Below are positions 45,507 to 60,197 of a DNA stretch of 64,000 bases, in pieces (within the stretch, counting starts at the first letter, position 1; each line of letters opens with the position of its first letter). Under the pieces are notes generated by a model. The model searched no databases and had not been told where the DNA came from. It saw only the letters and a program-made list of their open reading frames with translations. Origin of the DNA: Polymyxa betae A26-41 (taxonomy: Eukaryota > Protista > Endomyxa: Phytomyxea); assembly GCA_003693705.1 (NCBI GenBank), contig RBZT01000259.1:1-64000 (forward strand). The letters are read 5' to 3'. Made by a program: the position numbers and the translations under genes.

Positions 45507-48500
45507 ATGACCGCCGCCCAGGTATGTGCTCACGGGTTCGAGCGCATCATCAAGGCCTGCGGCTGGAGGCAGGGGGCCTTGAAGGCTTCAGTGACATCGG
45601 CCCTGACGAAATGTCGCGAACCGAACGCCCCTGATAAATTAAGTAAAGTCGGACGCTTTATATGAAGATCTGGTAATCCGTTAACATTTGTTTGATAGAG
45701 CATGTTCGAAGCCTTAACGGCAGCCTGCTCTTCGAAATCGAATTCGTTAGTGGAAATCTGCTTGGATATATTCTGTGAACTGCTCTCCAAAGATGCTATC
45801 ATTTCAGTGTTTCAAATAGAAATGGATTCTCCCACTCATTTGGTTACTATCGATGAGGTTCGTTTTCCTTCAATTAACAATTACAATTTTTCACTTCGTA
45901 TTAGGTTCTTCAGCTTACATATCCTGCCATAATTGATGGCAATAGCCAAGTCAAGACCAATGGTCTCAAGGTTTGTAGATTTTATCTACTAGAGCAACAA
46001 CTCAATTTTTGCAGGTGATGTTAATGGCGTCATCTGGGCAAAGAAATCGCATGCACTTTGATTCGGTGGTGCTTTGTGTCAAGACATGCATCGATGTTTA
46101 CGCCAGGACAGACAGCTCAGCAAACCAGACGGCGGCTTCAGCGACCTTAACTCAAATATTAACAACAATGCTCTCGCGATATGATCATGATGTCGGCAAT
46201 GGTGCTGCAGCGATCGTTGAACCATCAGAAGAAGTAAGATTTCCACAACAATATAATATTTATTTAAGAGCAATCTTAGGAAATCGTTGTCAGCATTGTT
46301 GATAGTTTAGTGAATACAGTCTGCAGAGATTTCGGCGAGGGTCAAAAGGAGATTGGAAAGGATATTCTGCGGTCTCTGGATACGTTATTAAGGCTCAGCA
46401 TGAAGAAATCTGCCCCTGATGGTTAGCTATGATACATCAATTTTTCTGCAGTTAATCAATGGCAAAGGTCCCGATAATCGTATGCAAACGTTTGCAAGAG
46501 AGATGGTTTTATTACTGCTGCGTAATGGTGGCCCCAGATTTAAATCCAGTCCTTCTGTCATTGAACTTTTCAATGTGAGTTCGCACTTAGCATTTGTGAT
46601 GCCAGACTGATCTGTCGCAGGAATTTCTGATCGGTCCTTTTATCGCCAATGCAGTCAGTCCATCGCCTAATGACTTCCGTCTTGCGGTGTCGATTCTGAG
46701 TGAGGGCTGTTAATTTTAATTGTCAATGCCATTCAATATTTGAGCTCAGGTACGATAGCGATTAATTTCTCTGCATCGCTCTCGAATCCACTCTCGTTAG
46801 CCATTAACCATCTTATGAATGTTGTCCTTGAAGGCATGCCATAGCTTAGTCAGACACCAAGCTTCTCTAATTATATAGTTCAGGCTCGCTCCGAGCTGAG
46901 ACTCATATTTTGATATTGTTGGAATTGCTGTCATTCCTTTCAAGTCGCAGTCATGTTTTAGGCGATCTGTTCGTTCCCAAACAAGTTCAATCGACGGCAC
47001 CGAAACTTTTCTTCAGCATTCTTCGCATGCTGCAAGTAATCGAAGGCTGAACTTGTGATTTTTATTTCTGACCTAGTGCTCAAGGCGTGCATCTCGAACA
47101 CTGTTGAGAAGTCATCTTCGACCGCTGTTAAGGCTCACCCAATTATTGTCCAATCTGTCCGAACGCTAGGGCTTATAGCAGCCTCATTGCATCTCTGGAT
47201 AGGTTTATTGATTTTCACGCCGAGTTTAGCTTTAACTCAATTTGCTCTAGATACGCTGCCCAATAATGGTCAATCTCTGTCTCGGAAATCAAGTGATACT
47301 TTAGGAACATTTCATTCAACGAGCGATATGGAATCATCGTCTTCTCCTCGTTCACGTCCTGTTTTTCTGCAGGATGTTACGACACAAATAATTCAATGTG
47401 AGAGACCTGTTAACCCTGTTGATATCTTAACTGCTAAACATGGAATCATGAACCTGCTTAGTCAGGGTAAATTCAAATATCCTTTCGCATTGCTTGGTGT
47501 TGAAGACGCGATTTTAGGATGGCCGCCTGCATTGGCCGCCCTCTCACAGGCCACTGAACGCTGTGCGAACGATGCAGAAACTTGGAAGAGGTGCATTGAT
47601 TCGTATAAAGAATTTGTCCTTTTGTCAATGGCAATGGATGCTTCTGTTTCTAGACAAACTTTTGTCCAAGCTCTTGTGAATAGGTTGGCGTTCACTGATA
47701 TCCGTTTCTCGACTATTTAACAAATTTAGTACCAAGCTGTTTAACATGAGAGGTTCGATGTATGGAACCAATGCGCCATCACCTTCTGTTACTCTCACCG
47801 CCAATCATCGCTATGTCATTTCAATTGTGCTCGATCTTGCTGTTCACAATTGCGATCAGCTTGATGAGTCTTGGGATGTGGTTCTGCATTTTTTCTGGAA
47901 TCTTGAGAAACATGTTGTTAGAACAGAGCCGACTCTGAAAGATCAAATCCAGCAAGTATACAACGGCTCTGGTCAGTTATCTGATGCCGCTGTTATTCAT
48001 TTTACCACTTCATCTTGCAATGTATCACAACAGGTATGGCTGGTGTTTGTTGACCGATTTGGAGCTGTTTTTCATGAGACGGATCTCGTCAGGAACTCTC
48101 ATCTGGCGGAATCAAAATGCTGGAACGACTTGCGAATATTATGATTCAAAATCTGCACCGTTCTGTTGAGAAAATCAAACATATCTGGTCGCTACTTCGC
48201 GTTCATCTTGCTCAGGTAAACCAATTCCTTGACTTAGGTCCATACTTTATAGCAGATTATAGGCGGCTAATACAAATTCAGCCCCAGTATGTGATGCCGT
48301 CGTCGCTTCCATTGCTAAGATTCTTAATGTGGTTCTAAGTTCGCAAGCTCCTAATCATGTAGCCCATTGTTTGCTTTAATCCATGTATGTTATAACATCT
48401 CACTTAGGTAACTCCTCTACAAGGACAATTCGTGGACATCTTTATTTCGATCATGTAGTACTTTTCTGGCTGATTTCTTACGGCAGTTCTCTGATTGCAT

Positions 48501-50153
48501 TGGTAAGGGGTCCAAGACATGACCCGGCTCAATGGCATCGTGTAGTCTCTGCTCTTTCAGAACTCATTGTTTCTCATGTCGAATCAATCTCGAGTGCGTG
48601 GCATGATATTCTCGTGGTTATGACGTTCGCATCCAAAGAAAAGAGTTTGGATACTGTTCTGCTGATTTTGAAGATGGCCTATGTTATTTGTCCACAGAAA
48701 ATCAATCTTTTACAACTTGTACGTCTCAGCTGTTTTTCTTCTATCTTGTATCTTGATTCTCATTTAGAACGAAGTTCAAGAATTGATTACTGTCGCCGAC
48801 GTGTTATCACATTGCGAATTTCCATATGTGCAGATTCACGCTGTAGCACTAATGTGCATTATTACCCAAGGTCGATTTATTTGCATTGATATGTATTCTT
48901 TACCCAATATGCTTAGATGCTTGCGAGTCAGAATCCAGATCCCAATTGATCCCTGGGGTCATTTCTTCGCTACTCATATCTCTCAGCGCCGTATTGCCAT
49001 TACCGAAAACTTTGATTGAACGCAGTCTCGAAGTATGTCGATCGGTACCAGCATTGAGATTTAAACTTACCAGTATCAAATTCAGGCTATTATCGGCCTA
49101 GCTCACAGTCACGGAAAACCTATTTGGAAAAGACTTCAAGCCTCGGCTTTTGAACCTTATTTAAGCGACCCAGCTTTGAATTCGGTATGCTCTTGAAAAA
49201 TCGTTAGTAGTGTGTTCACTTGAAGGTGATCTCCAGGAACCAAGCACATGTACCCAGGACAATGCTATATCTCTCTTTAGGCAATTAAGCCTTGACATTC
49301 TGTATTCCATTACTGATATCTTTCTTGGTAAAACTGCGACATTGTCCTTGTTTTCAAACTATCTCATATTCTCACAGATTTGTTTCCAGCATCGTCAGAC
49401 AGTCTCTCGATTATTACTGATATGCTAATGCAGGCTATCGAGAAGTGTTCTTGTGCTTCTACTGTCACGCAAGCATCCGTTTGTCTGGCGCGGCTTTATA
49501 CTATCCAGTCTGGTTCGCATCTTGCCAGAATCTTCAACGATATATCCGCTTTGCTGGACAGATTAGCGGTGCGGTTACAAGAACCAATCGTTTTCAATGC
49601 TACTCTTATTGTTGTGGATCATTTGATCCTTCAACAAGTTCTTCCTGCAGAGCTTAACGAGATGAGCGCAGTGGAACGCTCACTAGAAAAGATCCTGGCA
49701 CTGACTCGCAATAGTAATCAGCAATTGTATCTTTGATATGTTGTGTACGCTCAAATATGGTTAGGCGAGAACATTTCGTTGGAATCTTTAGCTTTGCGTG
49801 CACTTGTTCATCTTAGCAGCACCCAAAGAAGTCGATTCCCTTCATTATGCAATGGAATTCTGCTAAAAACTTTTGACCATCTCTGCCTAGAAGACAAATT
49901 CATCGATGCTTCCAGCAGAGTCCCTCATGGTAAAAAAACCATAGCTTCAAGTCATGAGTTATTTAATGTTGCCAAAGATATGTCGCTGTGTCTAGTTTTA
50001 TCAGCACTTCACGCTATCTCCGCTGATGATTTCTGGAGAGATTTTTGTTCTCGCAATGAGCGCCCGCATCGGCTTTTTTTGCAGATTGAATCTAATTCTG
50101 AACCGGTTCGTGAATGCGTGAAGAAATTGCTCTCTGCTAGGGTTGGGGCATAA
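45507..50153 (+). CDS. BIG/MON2-family large ArfGEF-related scaffold (DCB-HUS-HDS), no Sec7 domain seen
   Basis: ACSSKSNSLVEICLD and ANQTAASATLTQIL (DCB); WPPALAALS, LSDAAVIHFTTSSCNVSQQE, LERLANIMIQNLHR and ISSAWHDILVV (HDS-like). Confidence 0.7.
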
Positions 50154-50231
50154 GCACACATGAAACACAAACGAAAAGATGGTTGGCTTTCAAGGTCAAA
50201 TGTACAGTGCAATACAAATTTATTTATCATT

Positions 50232-53200
50232 CTATAGCCATTTTAATGATCGCTGTTTTCGTTTAGCCATGCCAGAGGAGAAAAAGATCCCAATTGCAAC
50301 AGCAGAGACAGTGGCAAGCAATAAGGGGAGATTAAAATCGGAATTCAGTAGATCAAATGGACGGGAAGGATGAGTTCTTGTGGTAAAGATGTCTAGACCA
50401 GCCGAAGCTATGATACTAGCAGATTCTAGCTCCGTGCCTGAAGAGGAAATCGAGCTGCCATAACGGATTTACTTTTACGATTTTAGAAAACATAGCATAC
50501 GTACTGGATTCTATTGACAGCACGGTCATAATTAATGATATTGAGAGGATTTACAGTGATTGAAGGAGGGGTTTGACGCCAAGTAGCATCCGAAGTGATG
50601 GAATATAGATCGACCATGTATAGCTGACCCGAGCACAAACCGATCATAATCTGAACAAAAAGAAATTAATAATCTGCCTGATGATTGGAATATTTTACCC
50701 ACTTGCTTCATTGTAATTCCACGAAGCGTTTTGGTAGATCCCAAAGAGCAAATTGCGTTTTGGAAAACAAAAGCTTGCGCTATAGCAGGACCTACAACCC
50801 ATCTTCAGTGGAAATAAAAAAGGCACAATAATGCTACCGTTGTGATATAGCTCAACGATGCCTATATTGAACAGCATGTCGCGGCTGTTATAAAATGAAT
50901 AAACAACGACGTTTTCGATAATAGTCACATGACACTGTTCAAGGCGGCTGGCACAATGAGGATGCTCATTGCGATACAGAACATTGCCATTTTGCCCATC
51001 AACCACCAACAACGAAAGAGTCGTCCCAGAAGCAGTCAGAAGGGCACGAAAAGGCCTATTTTGATATTTGAACAAAATCTGATCGGCCTTGTTGATGAAT
51101 GGACTCGGAATAATTTCGTTTGGATTGCTGCAAGCAGACGATGTAATTACAGTGTCAGATGGAAATCGGTACCGCCAAATTAGCTCGTTGCTTGTAAGCT
51201 GAGAGATCATTAGTAAACTATATATCTGCAATAGCGATGTCTTACCGATTCCGAAACGCTAGCACGATGACCTTCAATGGCATTTTCGGTAATAGACACA
51301 TTATTATAATACAACCCGCTGGGATACAATTTGGCAACATGGCCAGCAATGTTCTTTGGGACAATATCGCAACCGCCTAAGAAGTGATAAATAAACATTG
51401 GATTAGAGACAAAAAACTAACCGGAAAGCAGAGATACAAACAAGAATGAAGAAGCAGGAGATGTTGACAAAGGATACTCTACTGCTGCAATGACCTTACT
51501 GTCGAACTTTTGTGTGATTGCATTAATGGCGCCTATATCAGATTAGAAACGGTATTAAGTCCACAGGCATTTCGGCAGCAAATGACGTGACAAATAAAAA
51601 AAACAATACCGGATACAAGATCGATCTGAAGAGCGTAATGACCACCAATAAGAAACACTTCGGGAAGAGAAAAGACGCGAATATAATCCGAGTCTGTAAA
51701 GTGATAGGGAACCAGTGATAGACTCCAGCGTAATTGTCCTGTAAGACTACAAAGTGCAAACAAACGTGTTCGCGATACAATCAGAACGATCTTCTTCATT
51801 CCGAAAGAGCTGTTGTCGAACGGAAGGGCATTTTCACTGGAAATCAGCGTATCCAAAGTAAACCTTAAGCTTTATATCAGCTCCGAGCATCCCAGAAGTA
51901 CAGTTTGAGCATTACCCAGAAAACCCCGATAAGGCGTCAGCCAGAAACTGTTTGGCCAACTTATACTGTATCCCTAAACGAGGAATAAAAGACGGGAAAT
52001 GATCCAGTGAAGCTCTGTTATTGGTTAGATCAAGATGAAGCAAATGGAAATTCTTACAGTGATTGCTCAGTGGGAGAAGCGACCAGAACGACTTGTTGAG
52101 ACGATGCTATCGCTTCATAACGAACCCATAATAATGACTTTTTGACTAAAACAAAATTAGATATGACGGTCGTCCCAGTAAGCCTGCATACTAATGTCGA
52201 AACACAAAAATGAACCATCTGCAGAAGAGACGCTACAGATTTCGTCTTTACAGTAAGCCGAAGTAATTAAGCCATAGTCGTTCATGTCGAAAGGAACCGA
52301 CCCAAGCAACGCCGAAGCCTTTGACAGGTAAATCTGGAAAAGTTGAATGAAAGAATTCAGTAAACATAGCTCGTCCAACCTTATCACTGGTTTGAATCAA
52401 GCGAATTCCTCCAGACCAATGCTCTGTTTGAACAGATTCAGGGATTGAAACAGTTGGTACTACAGCTTTCGTGTTCAAATCTAAAGTGATTCTGCGGCCA
52501 GATGCGAACTTCAGTTCACTCAAAGAGACGTCCAAGGTTGATGCGGATACGAAATCTCCAGCATGAGTATCAAAAGGGATTTTATCTGAAAGGTCGCCGT
52601 TGATGACTTGTTGAGCAAAAGTAGACGTAATCAGAAAGCCATTGCTCCCGCTTATTGGCAAGAATCTGAAAAACGCTTTTAAAGAAAAGAATAAGAGAAA
52701 GCGAAGCAGAATCACTTTGAGTTTTCATTGATGTTGAGCGACTTTGAGCGAACAGAGACACCAGATTGGTCAAAAGTATCAAATCTGATAGTATTGGATT
52801 CATCTTTGAGTACAACATCGATTAAGTTAACAGAAGGGCCTCGAGCAGCGACATTCTCAATAGTTTTGGTTAATGAATAAACCTTCTCGCCGGTCGTGGC
52901 ATCGAATGCATGAATGCAATTACGACACCAAGCTATAATCAGAGAAGATGTTTTCAACAACTGAAATGAAGAATCATATTTCTTCTCAATCTGATCAGGA
53001 GCAGAAAAAGAACGCGTCATTGCTTTTAATGATCCATCCGAAGCCGACCTACAGAGTATCACAGAAAGCTCAAAGAGATGGAAGGTTATGTACCATATTG
53101 CTAAATTGGGATCAGACGGTGAGCCTAAAGTTGTGTAAACTGATGCAGATTCATCGTCTAATAAGAACCCAGAGATGTATTCATGTTCAGGAAGGACTTG

Positions 53201-53465
53201 ACGCCAGATAATCTCGTTATCATATGTTCGAATTGCAGCTAATACTGCAGCGGACGTCCCTACAATTACCGATGACCGATAGAATTCAGCATATTTTACT
53301 GGGCCGACATTCTTCTGGTACCTGTACGCCAAAAGTCAATTCAATTAAGAAGCTGGCAACGCTGGCCTGCTCGTACCAATCAAAACTGCCAATCTGGTGC
53401 TGATAGAGACCATGTGATAGATGTAGACATGATAGAAGTGTGAGATAGACAATGATATGGAACAT
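50232..53465 (-). CDS. EMC1: ER membrane protein complex subunit 1
   Basis: Signal peptide plus GLYQHQIGSFDW, IIWRQVL, ENVVVYSFYN, TKTLRGITMKQ, LES...GLDIFTTRTHPSRPFDLL, and a C-terminal TM. Confidence 0.9.
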
Positions 53466-53882
53466 GATTGCATAAAGAGGGGTCTGTTATCTGGGGTGAT
53501 AATCTGGGGCCGTGGGGTCTATCTATAAACACAACATCTCGCACTAATACAAATGTCATTAGGCAGATTGTTGCATTGGTTGGTAGTTGGCAGTCGATTA
53601 CAATTCCAGACGCTTCAACAGTCTGGGATCTGGTTGATGCGACCAAGTAAGACAACGCTTTAATGAGTCGAATCCGTATATCATGATGGAGCACTACAAT
53701 CTCCCTTCTGTTGGATTGAAGTCGATCCAGTATTGTCAAATCACAATACATTTGCTGATATCATTCATATATTAACGATTACGTCGTTTGTATCTGCGAT
53801 TCTGGAATTTGATAACAGATTATGTAAGCCCGTTTCTTCCAACAACAGATTAGACCACGTTGTCGTCCAATAGTCATCGTTT

Positions 53883-55113
53883 TTATTGGTTCTCTCCAGG
53901 AGCAGCACCATCTCCTTCGTTGGCAGATGGCACCGGATCGGGAACTGCTGAAAACTTCGCAATTGTCTTTCGCCATTCCCGTTCAGCTGCAAATGCACGA
54001 ATATCGGCTTCTAGAAGCTGCTCTCTCAACAACAGCGAGAGCCTTGTCGCCTCTCCGAAATCAACCTTGGAGATTTCCCGTGATTGTCCTAACCATGTTC
54101 ATTAACAATTTGCAGTTAATGCTTCACTCAATCAATACCAATCGTATCGAATGCAATTAGAAAATGTGTCGGAATGCGAGGCGCTTCGATCAATTCGGGT
54201 TCCGACGGCGTCTTTTCTGTTTCTGTTTGTTCGGAATCCGCTTGCTGTTCCGTCTCTGTTGGTTTTATCGGTTCTGGTTGAGGCGGTTTCGGACCGAGAC
54301 GATACGTTCCGTCTTCCAACGTCAACGCAGCGTCATGCAGCAACGTTCCATATTCAATCAAAATGGCTCCGTACGACCCTACATCCTTCCGCCGAAAGAA
54401 CCTCAACTTCTGTGTTGCTTCCCCTAAGAATGTCAACATTTCGCATTCAGTACAGGTGCATCGAACCTAAAATTGTGTTTGGAATGTGCAGCGTTTTAGG
54501 TTGGTAAGGTCGCTGAACGACGGGCGCTTCAGATTCCTTCTCGTCCGATTGCAATTCTTGTTCAGCCTCGGGCTGCTGTTCCAACAGGGATAAGGTGATA
54601 GCCGGCGGTGTTAATCTCTGCCCGATCATGAATTCGTGGCCAGGCGTCGCTGAGAAGTATCGAATGCATTTTTGCCCATCAACATCTTCGACAACTCCGG
54701 CGTAGACCTAAACAGGATTTAGGGGCCAGCACAGTCCTGAGACTTCATACCCCTGTAGCGTTCAAAACGTGATGCAGTAGATTGACAAACTCGTTCACGA
54801 CCTCGATAGGCCAGATCAATTTTATCGATTTCTCTACGAAATCAAGTTCAAACTGTAAACGTTGTGCTCGCGCCGCTGACTTGGCTTCAAGCGCAGCGAT
54901 TCGTTTTGATTGTTGGTTTCTAGAAGCGAGCTCTAGTTGCTCAATGGCGATGGTGCGAAGGGGTTGGCCCTCTTGTCGCTTCCGATTTTCAACATAATTC
55001 AGGAGAAACTGGGACAGAAAATCCACTGAATCGTCAGGAGACTGGATCATGCAGGCAGCTAAGCCATCAGCCAAAACATCGCCGATGTTCCTCTTTAAGT
55101 ATTCAACATCCAT
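53883..55113 (-). CDS. Dpy-30-motif flagellar radial-spoke-type protein (DYDC/RSP2-like, GAF-like region)
   Basis: N-terminal MDVEYLKRNIGDVLADGLAACMIQSPDDSVDFLSQFL (Dpy-30), then a coiled coil, VYAG...IRYFSA, FFRRKDVGSYGAI and FDTIGQSRE. Confidence 0.7.
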
Positions 55114-55276
55114 TCAGTCGCAGTCAGATAACTATCCCGCTCAATAGATCACAGCGATCGTACCAATAATACATATCCAAGACAGTTCTCTTCTATGAAT
55201 CAAACTTTTCGGGGAGCGTTGCTGTGCTTGTTCAATACGTTTTTGACAGATCAAAACCTCTCGTAATGAGACTGAA

Positions 55277-58200
55277 TCATATATTTAATTGATGACAGCA
55301 AGGCAATTTACAGCTTTGCCGGTATAAAAAGGATGTCTGTCGTCTAAGCTGCGCTGAGCAACAGATGCACCTGGAAACGTTGCCGGTGGCAGTCGGTTCC
55401 GTTAATAAACATTTCGAACACACAACATCGTTGCACGATATGCAGATCCGCTTCCGCCGACCATGAAATCTCGCAAACGAACGCAAGCAGAGCTTACAAT
55501 GTTCCGTTGATTTCGTCGAACGGTTCGACACGCCAACTGCAATTTTCCCGCGATGTTCCAATCGCTTGCCAAGAAATGCAGATGTGGTACTAAGCAAATG
55601 AATCAGGCCCTGCTCCACCTCCCTACATACATCTGAGGAATTAAATCTACCCAATAAAGTAGCATTTACGAGTTATTACGCTCCATTGATCTTAACAAAG
55701 AACCGATCATCGAACATCGGGCTGATCGAGCTGAAGAAATGGCATCACCAATTTCTGATGTCCAGCGCTCTTTGTCGTCAATCGAATCACCAATGAACAC
55801 GACTTCTTTTTGAGGATTCACAAGGCTGAACGCACACGAATTCGGAGTGCCATCGAAATCGATCAGATTACAGTAGGCAACCTGCATGACGCGGTGGACG
55901 TTGATGCGTACGTCCCCGTTCGCAACACAATATGATGTACCATAGATAAATACATCCGAAAATAGGAAGATATCGTATCTACGACAACAGTTAGTAAAAA
56001 AAAGGGGAAACGTCACGAAGACCTTCTATCGTCTTTCAGGCCCCTCCGTCGTCGTTTCCGTAACGATCCTTGTGCCAACAACTTCCGGTTAGGCTCAACA
56101 AGATTGATGTCGTACTCACCCTGGTGTTGAGGTTCAGAGAAAGCGACTACGACAGAAAACGTAGTTCAACCTGCATCGATGATTGCAATTGGTTGAGTTT
56201 TTTCATATTACATTCGAGCACCATGCGTTTAATCCAAGCGTCGATCCTTTGCGAAAGTGTGTTTGACATTTCTGGTACAACCTCTGATAGCATCTGTTTT
56301 TGACATGAGCGATTGTCAAAGCAGTAAGCACACTTAGGACTGGCCTGTATCCAAGAGGTTCGCGTCTTCTGTGCAACCTCATTTTCGTCAAGTTGATTCG
56401 GAAAACAAAGCTCCAATAAGCCATCTCCTGAGCACATGACTGTTAAATTCCGATCCTGATTGATCTCCAGCGAATACGAACCCGTTTTGTTGACAACGTC
56501 AACACGATTAACAGCGACAGCGCACGTCAGGATGTGCTTGAGCGAACCAACACAGAATACAATAGACCTAATAAGACAGCGAAATAAAAAAAAATGAACA
56601 CAAAGCCATTATGCTTATTCCACCTCATATCATCGTATGACATATTTTTTTGCAACGGCTCCACTAGCAGGTGCAGGCACATCGCTGCACATCTGCCGAT
56701 GACATCCGACCCGAATTTTGTACGATGTCGTCTCGTATTTGGGTCGAATATAACGATGCCTAAATCACAAAGAAAGATTACAACATGTAGGTCAGAGGAA
56801 GGCAAAAAGCTACCTGACTGCAGGCGAAGCTTCGCGATGGTTTTCTGACAAATCGATTCGGCAATTAATTGGGGCGACAACGGGGCAAATGGCTGCGTTA
56901 ATAGTGCCTCGTACATCACAATCAATTCTTGTTCTGAGATTCTACAAGAAGTATTCGACAGCGCCGATAAGAACACGGGCAAAGGGATACGATCCGAACT
57001 GAGATGAAAGTGTCAAAACAGATAATTCGCAGAACACATATTGATAAGTAAAACCTTTTTAATTTCGGGTTGTGAGCGCCCGTGTTATGCATTAATAGCA
57101 GATAGGTGAGGACTGTGGCACTATCTGGCTCTCCGAAGAGTTCAGGTAATCTTTTATAAAAAATTGTTGTACTAAATGTGTGCAGAATGCGCTCGATTTG
57201 TTGCGCTTCTGAAGGCAGCATGAATCCAATTCCTCCAAACAGAACGCGCATCGATTGGATGATGTCATCTTGACCATATGAGAACAGACTAAATTGAGCT
57301 CAGATAAAGAACGAAGATAACTGCACCCGTATACCTCAAGTAATTCAATCGGCGGGTTTCTTCTTCTGGCGCTAGCAAAACGGAACTTGTACCGCCCAGA
57401 ACCTCCAGTAACTTTCAGATGTCATTGTACCACGAGCAACAAATCAGCATACCTCTCCCACAGAGTCTGGCGATGGATGATTAAGCAGAAATGTAATAAT
57501 CGATTCGGGGCCAGATTCGGCCACGTCATTTTCTCGTAAGAACCGGATTGCTGCAAGAGGTCTGTACAAAGATTGAGAGCTGAATCAATCCTAATGTTGA
57601 ACGTTACCCATTCCGTTCCGAAACTCGATAGCCCTCAGCGAACAGACCCATTTCTTGCGGATTGGAACTATCATCAACCAATCCACTAATCCACGACTCA
57701 TTGAGAGATTTCGTTAAATCAAAAATCATCTGGAGGAATTTCCGTCGCAGAATATCGTCGGCTAGGAGATAATCAGACAAAACTTTGCATGATCGGATAC
57801 ATACAAGAAAGTGCAATTTCGGGCGACAGAGCTGAAAGCGATTCCAGTAAATTTCTTACAGGATTGATACTCAGATCCGGGCGTGAATGGTCCAATTCGC
57901 GAAACAACAAAAGCAGCTTGCTTGGGCTGTCATATACTGAAAATAGCGCTTGCATAATTCGAAATCTGCGATTCAGGGAAATATCCTTGATCCGAATCAA
58001 GGGGCATAAACAGGAAGATATGAATATCGATAGTGGGATGAACAGACAGTAGAAGTAATCTCTAAAAATCAATCAGGATTGTAAAAACAGTTTGAAACCA
58101 ATTACGTTAAGAGAATAACAATGACATCCAGGACTAGAGGTAACACCTCATCAACACATTCAACAACCAGTCTTGACAATGTCGGGACAATACAATCTCG

Positions 58201-59924
58201 AATCAGCTGCAATACAGCCTGATTGTGTCGTTCTGAATCACCAGCGACCACGGTCAGAAACTGTCCATACATCAAGGGGGAGTACGAGCAGAAAACGAAT
58301 TCTTACGATAGGACTTGATATAAGCTTCTTCATAGCCTCCAAACCGATGAGGAGCCTGTCTGCACGAGCACAATTGCATTCAGAAAGTTTGCTGATAAAC
58401 AACAGGATAGTCGTGAAGCTTCTACAGTCCTTATCGAGCACATACTGGTTCAACCAATCTAGCTAGTAAAGCTGCTCAGAAATGAGAATGATTTGAAACA
58501 GTAGCGAACCCGAAACCAATTTGATAAACGAGGGATTTTCGATATTCGTAGACATGAGTATTGCAAAGTTATGTTTTGCTTCAGAACTGGACAGAATCGA
58601 AGCAGAGACAGAATCATTGACGATATCTGCGACAAAAGTCGACTCGTGGCTTGAATCTATTTGAAGCATTCGAGACAAAGCAAGAACTGCGATGTCGTGA
58701 AGCCATTGCCCGCGATTTAACTCTCGACTGCATCATTTGTTCAAATAATTTGAGATTTGAAAACAAAGTAATTACCGAGAATCAACTTGGAACAGAGCGA
58801 ATAGAGCCGACATGATGGTCTCTGGTTGCAGTACGTTTGGAAAATTCACGAATATCTGCAAAGTGGCTGTAGTCAGGACGTCAATAAACTTCTCATAAAA
58901 CGACTCGGAGCAGTGAGCAAGCACTAGACCCGAGAGCGTTTTAAGAAGCCAGTTGGAAAGCTCGCCTGACAATAGTGAATTTCAGGAATAAAGAGAGCAA
59001 CAAGAGGCAAGCTGATACCAATTTGTGATTTACTGGAGCCGTCAAAGATCCTTTTAAGAAAGGCTTCGACGCTATTCAGCGCGAAGATAGCGGACTCCAG
59101 TTCAGTTGAATTAATTGCCATTAAAAGCGGAAACAGAAAAGGCATCATCGGGTTCGACGCAGGTAAATGTTCCCAATTCAGATCAGGAAATCTTCGCTCC
59201 ATGTATAGAAGCGTAGAGTATGGTTTCGGTAGCGTTGCTGAATGCTGAGATGGAGTTTTCATGAGCGAAATAAACGATTCCTGAAAATAAGTCACGTAGG
59301 AAAACTTGCATTGATGAAAAAATTTATACGCGAGCCTCAACAGAAATTTCTGTAATAAAGGATGCCCCATTTGTCGTGAAACAAAGCCATAATGCAGCTG
59401 ACTGCTCGGCGTTTTGATCAAGGCAAAAAACTGCCCTGTAGCCAAATGGTGGCTTCTCCCCATTTATTGGCGAATAGGCCTGGACATTGGATATGTGGCG
59501 AGCGTTGTGGTCGGAATCCATCCGATATCGTAATTGATAAGAGCTGCGTCCAGATCGAAATGTTATGCCAGCCATTTCTCTCCAGCCTTCTTGCAGCTCT
59601 GAACTGTCACCCACAATTGAGGATCACTTTCAAATAAAAAACTATCAGATGGAAAACGAAGGACTGAGAGAAATGAACGACATCAATGGATGTTTAGAAA
59701 AACACAATCACCCAAAAGCAACAAAACCAATTCTACTTAATCGGTTCAAGGGTCAGCTGAGATATAAACAGGTCAGGTCTGCGACTTGCAGGATGAGAGG
59801 TCGGCGAATTAACATCGGTGAGGACCTGCTGGCAAAGGGTTTGATGGGGGCCTGCATGTCTCATTAGGCGATAGACGGCGGCGACGGCCGCTTCGACAAT
59901 GTGGTGATGTCCTCCGACCTCCAT
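55277..59924 (-). CDS. Large Sec7-domain ArfGEF with C-terminal PH and FYVE-like zinc finger
   Basis: Sec7 motifs FMLPSEAQQIERIL (glutamate finger) and LTYLLLMHNTGAHNPKLK; PH-like RYDIFLFSDVFIYG...DKERWTSEIGDAI; CKLC...RRKRICISCNDVVCSKC...RCICC. Both ends are approximate. Confidence 0.75.
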
Positions 59925-60197
59925 TACTTTAATGACCAAATGATTACCCTACACAATGCAAATGCGAAAAATCTGAAGGTTTACGTTATCGGTTTAGTCG
60001 AGGAGCCCCTTCACTTTAACCCACATTATTACTGTATCGCAATTCACAGGGTTAAAAGTTTGCGTTATCTTCGTCATTTCTTTTGTATCATCTGAATGAA
60101 ATTACGAATGCTGTTTAGATGCGATTCTGGTGGATTTGGATTTCTTTGGTGCATGGATGAAAACAACGATTCACCGAAGTTTATTGGAGGATGGCTT

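Noticed and set aside
53380-53876. Possible small gene between EMC1 and the Dpy-30 gene
   Set aside because: No convincing start, splice model or motif. The ORF overlaps the EMC1 start.
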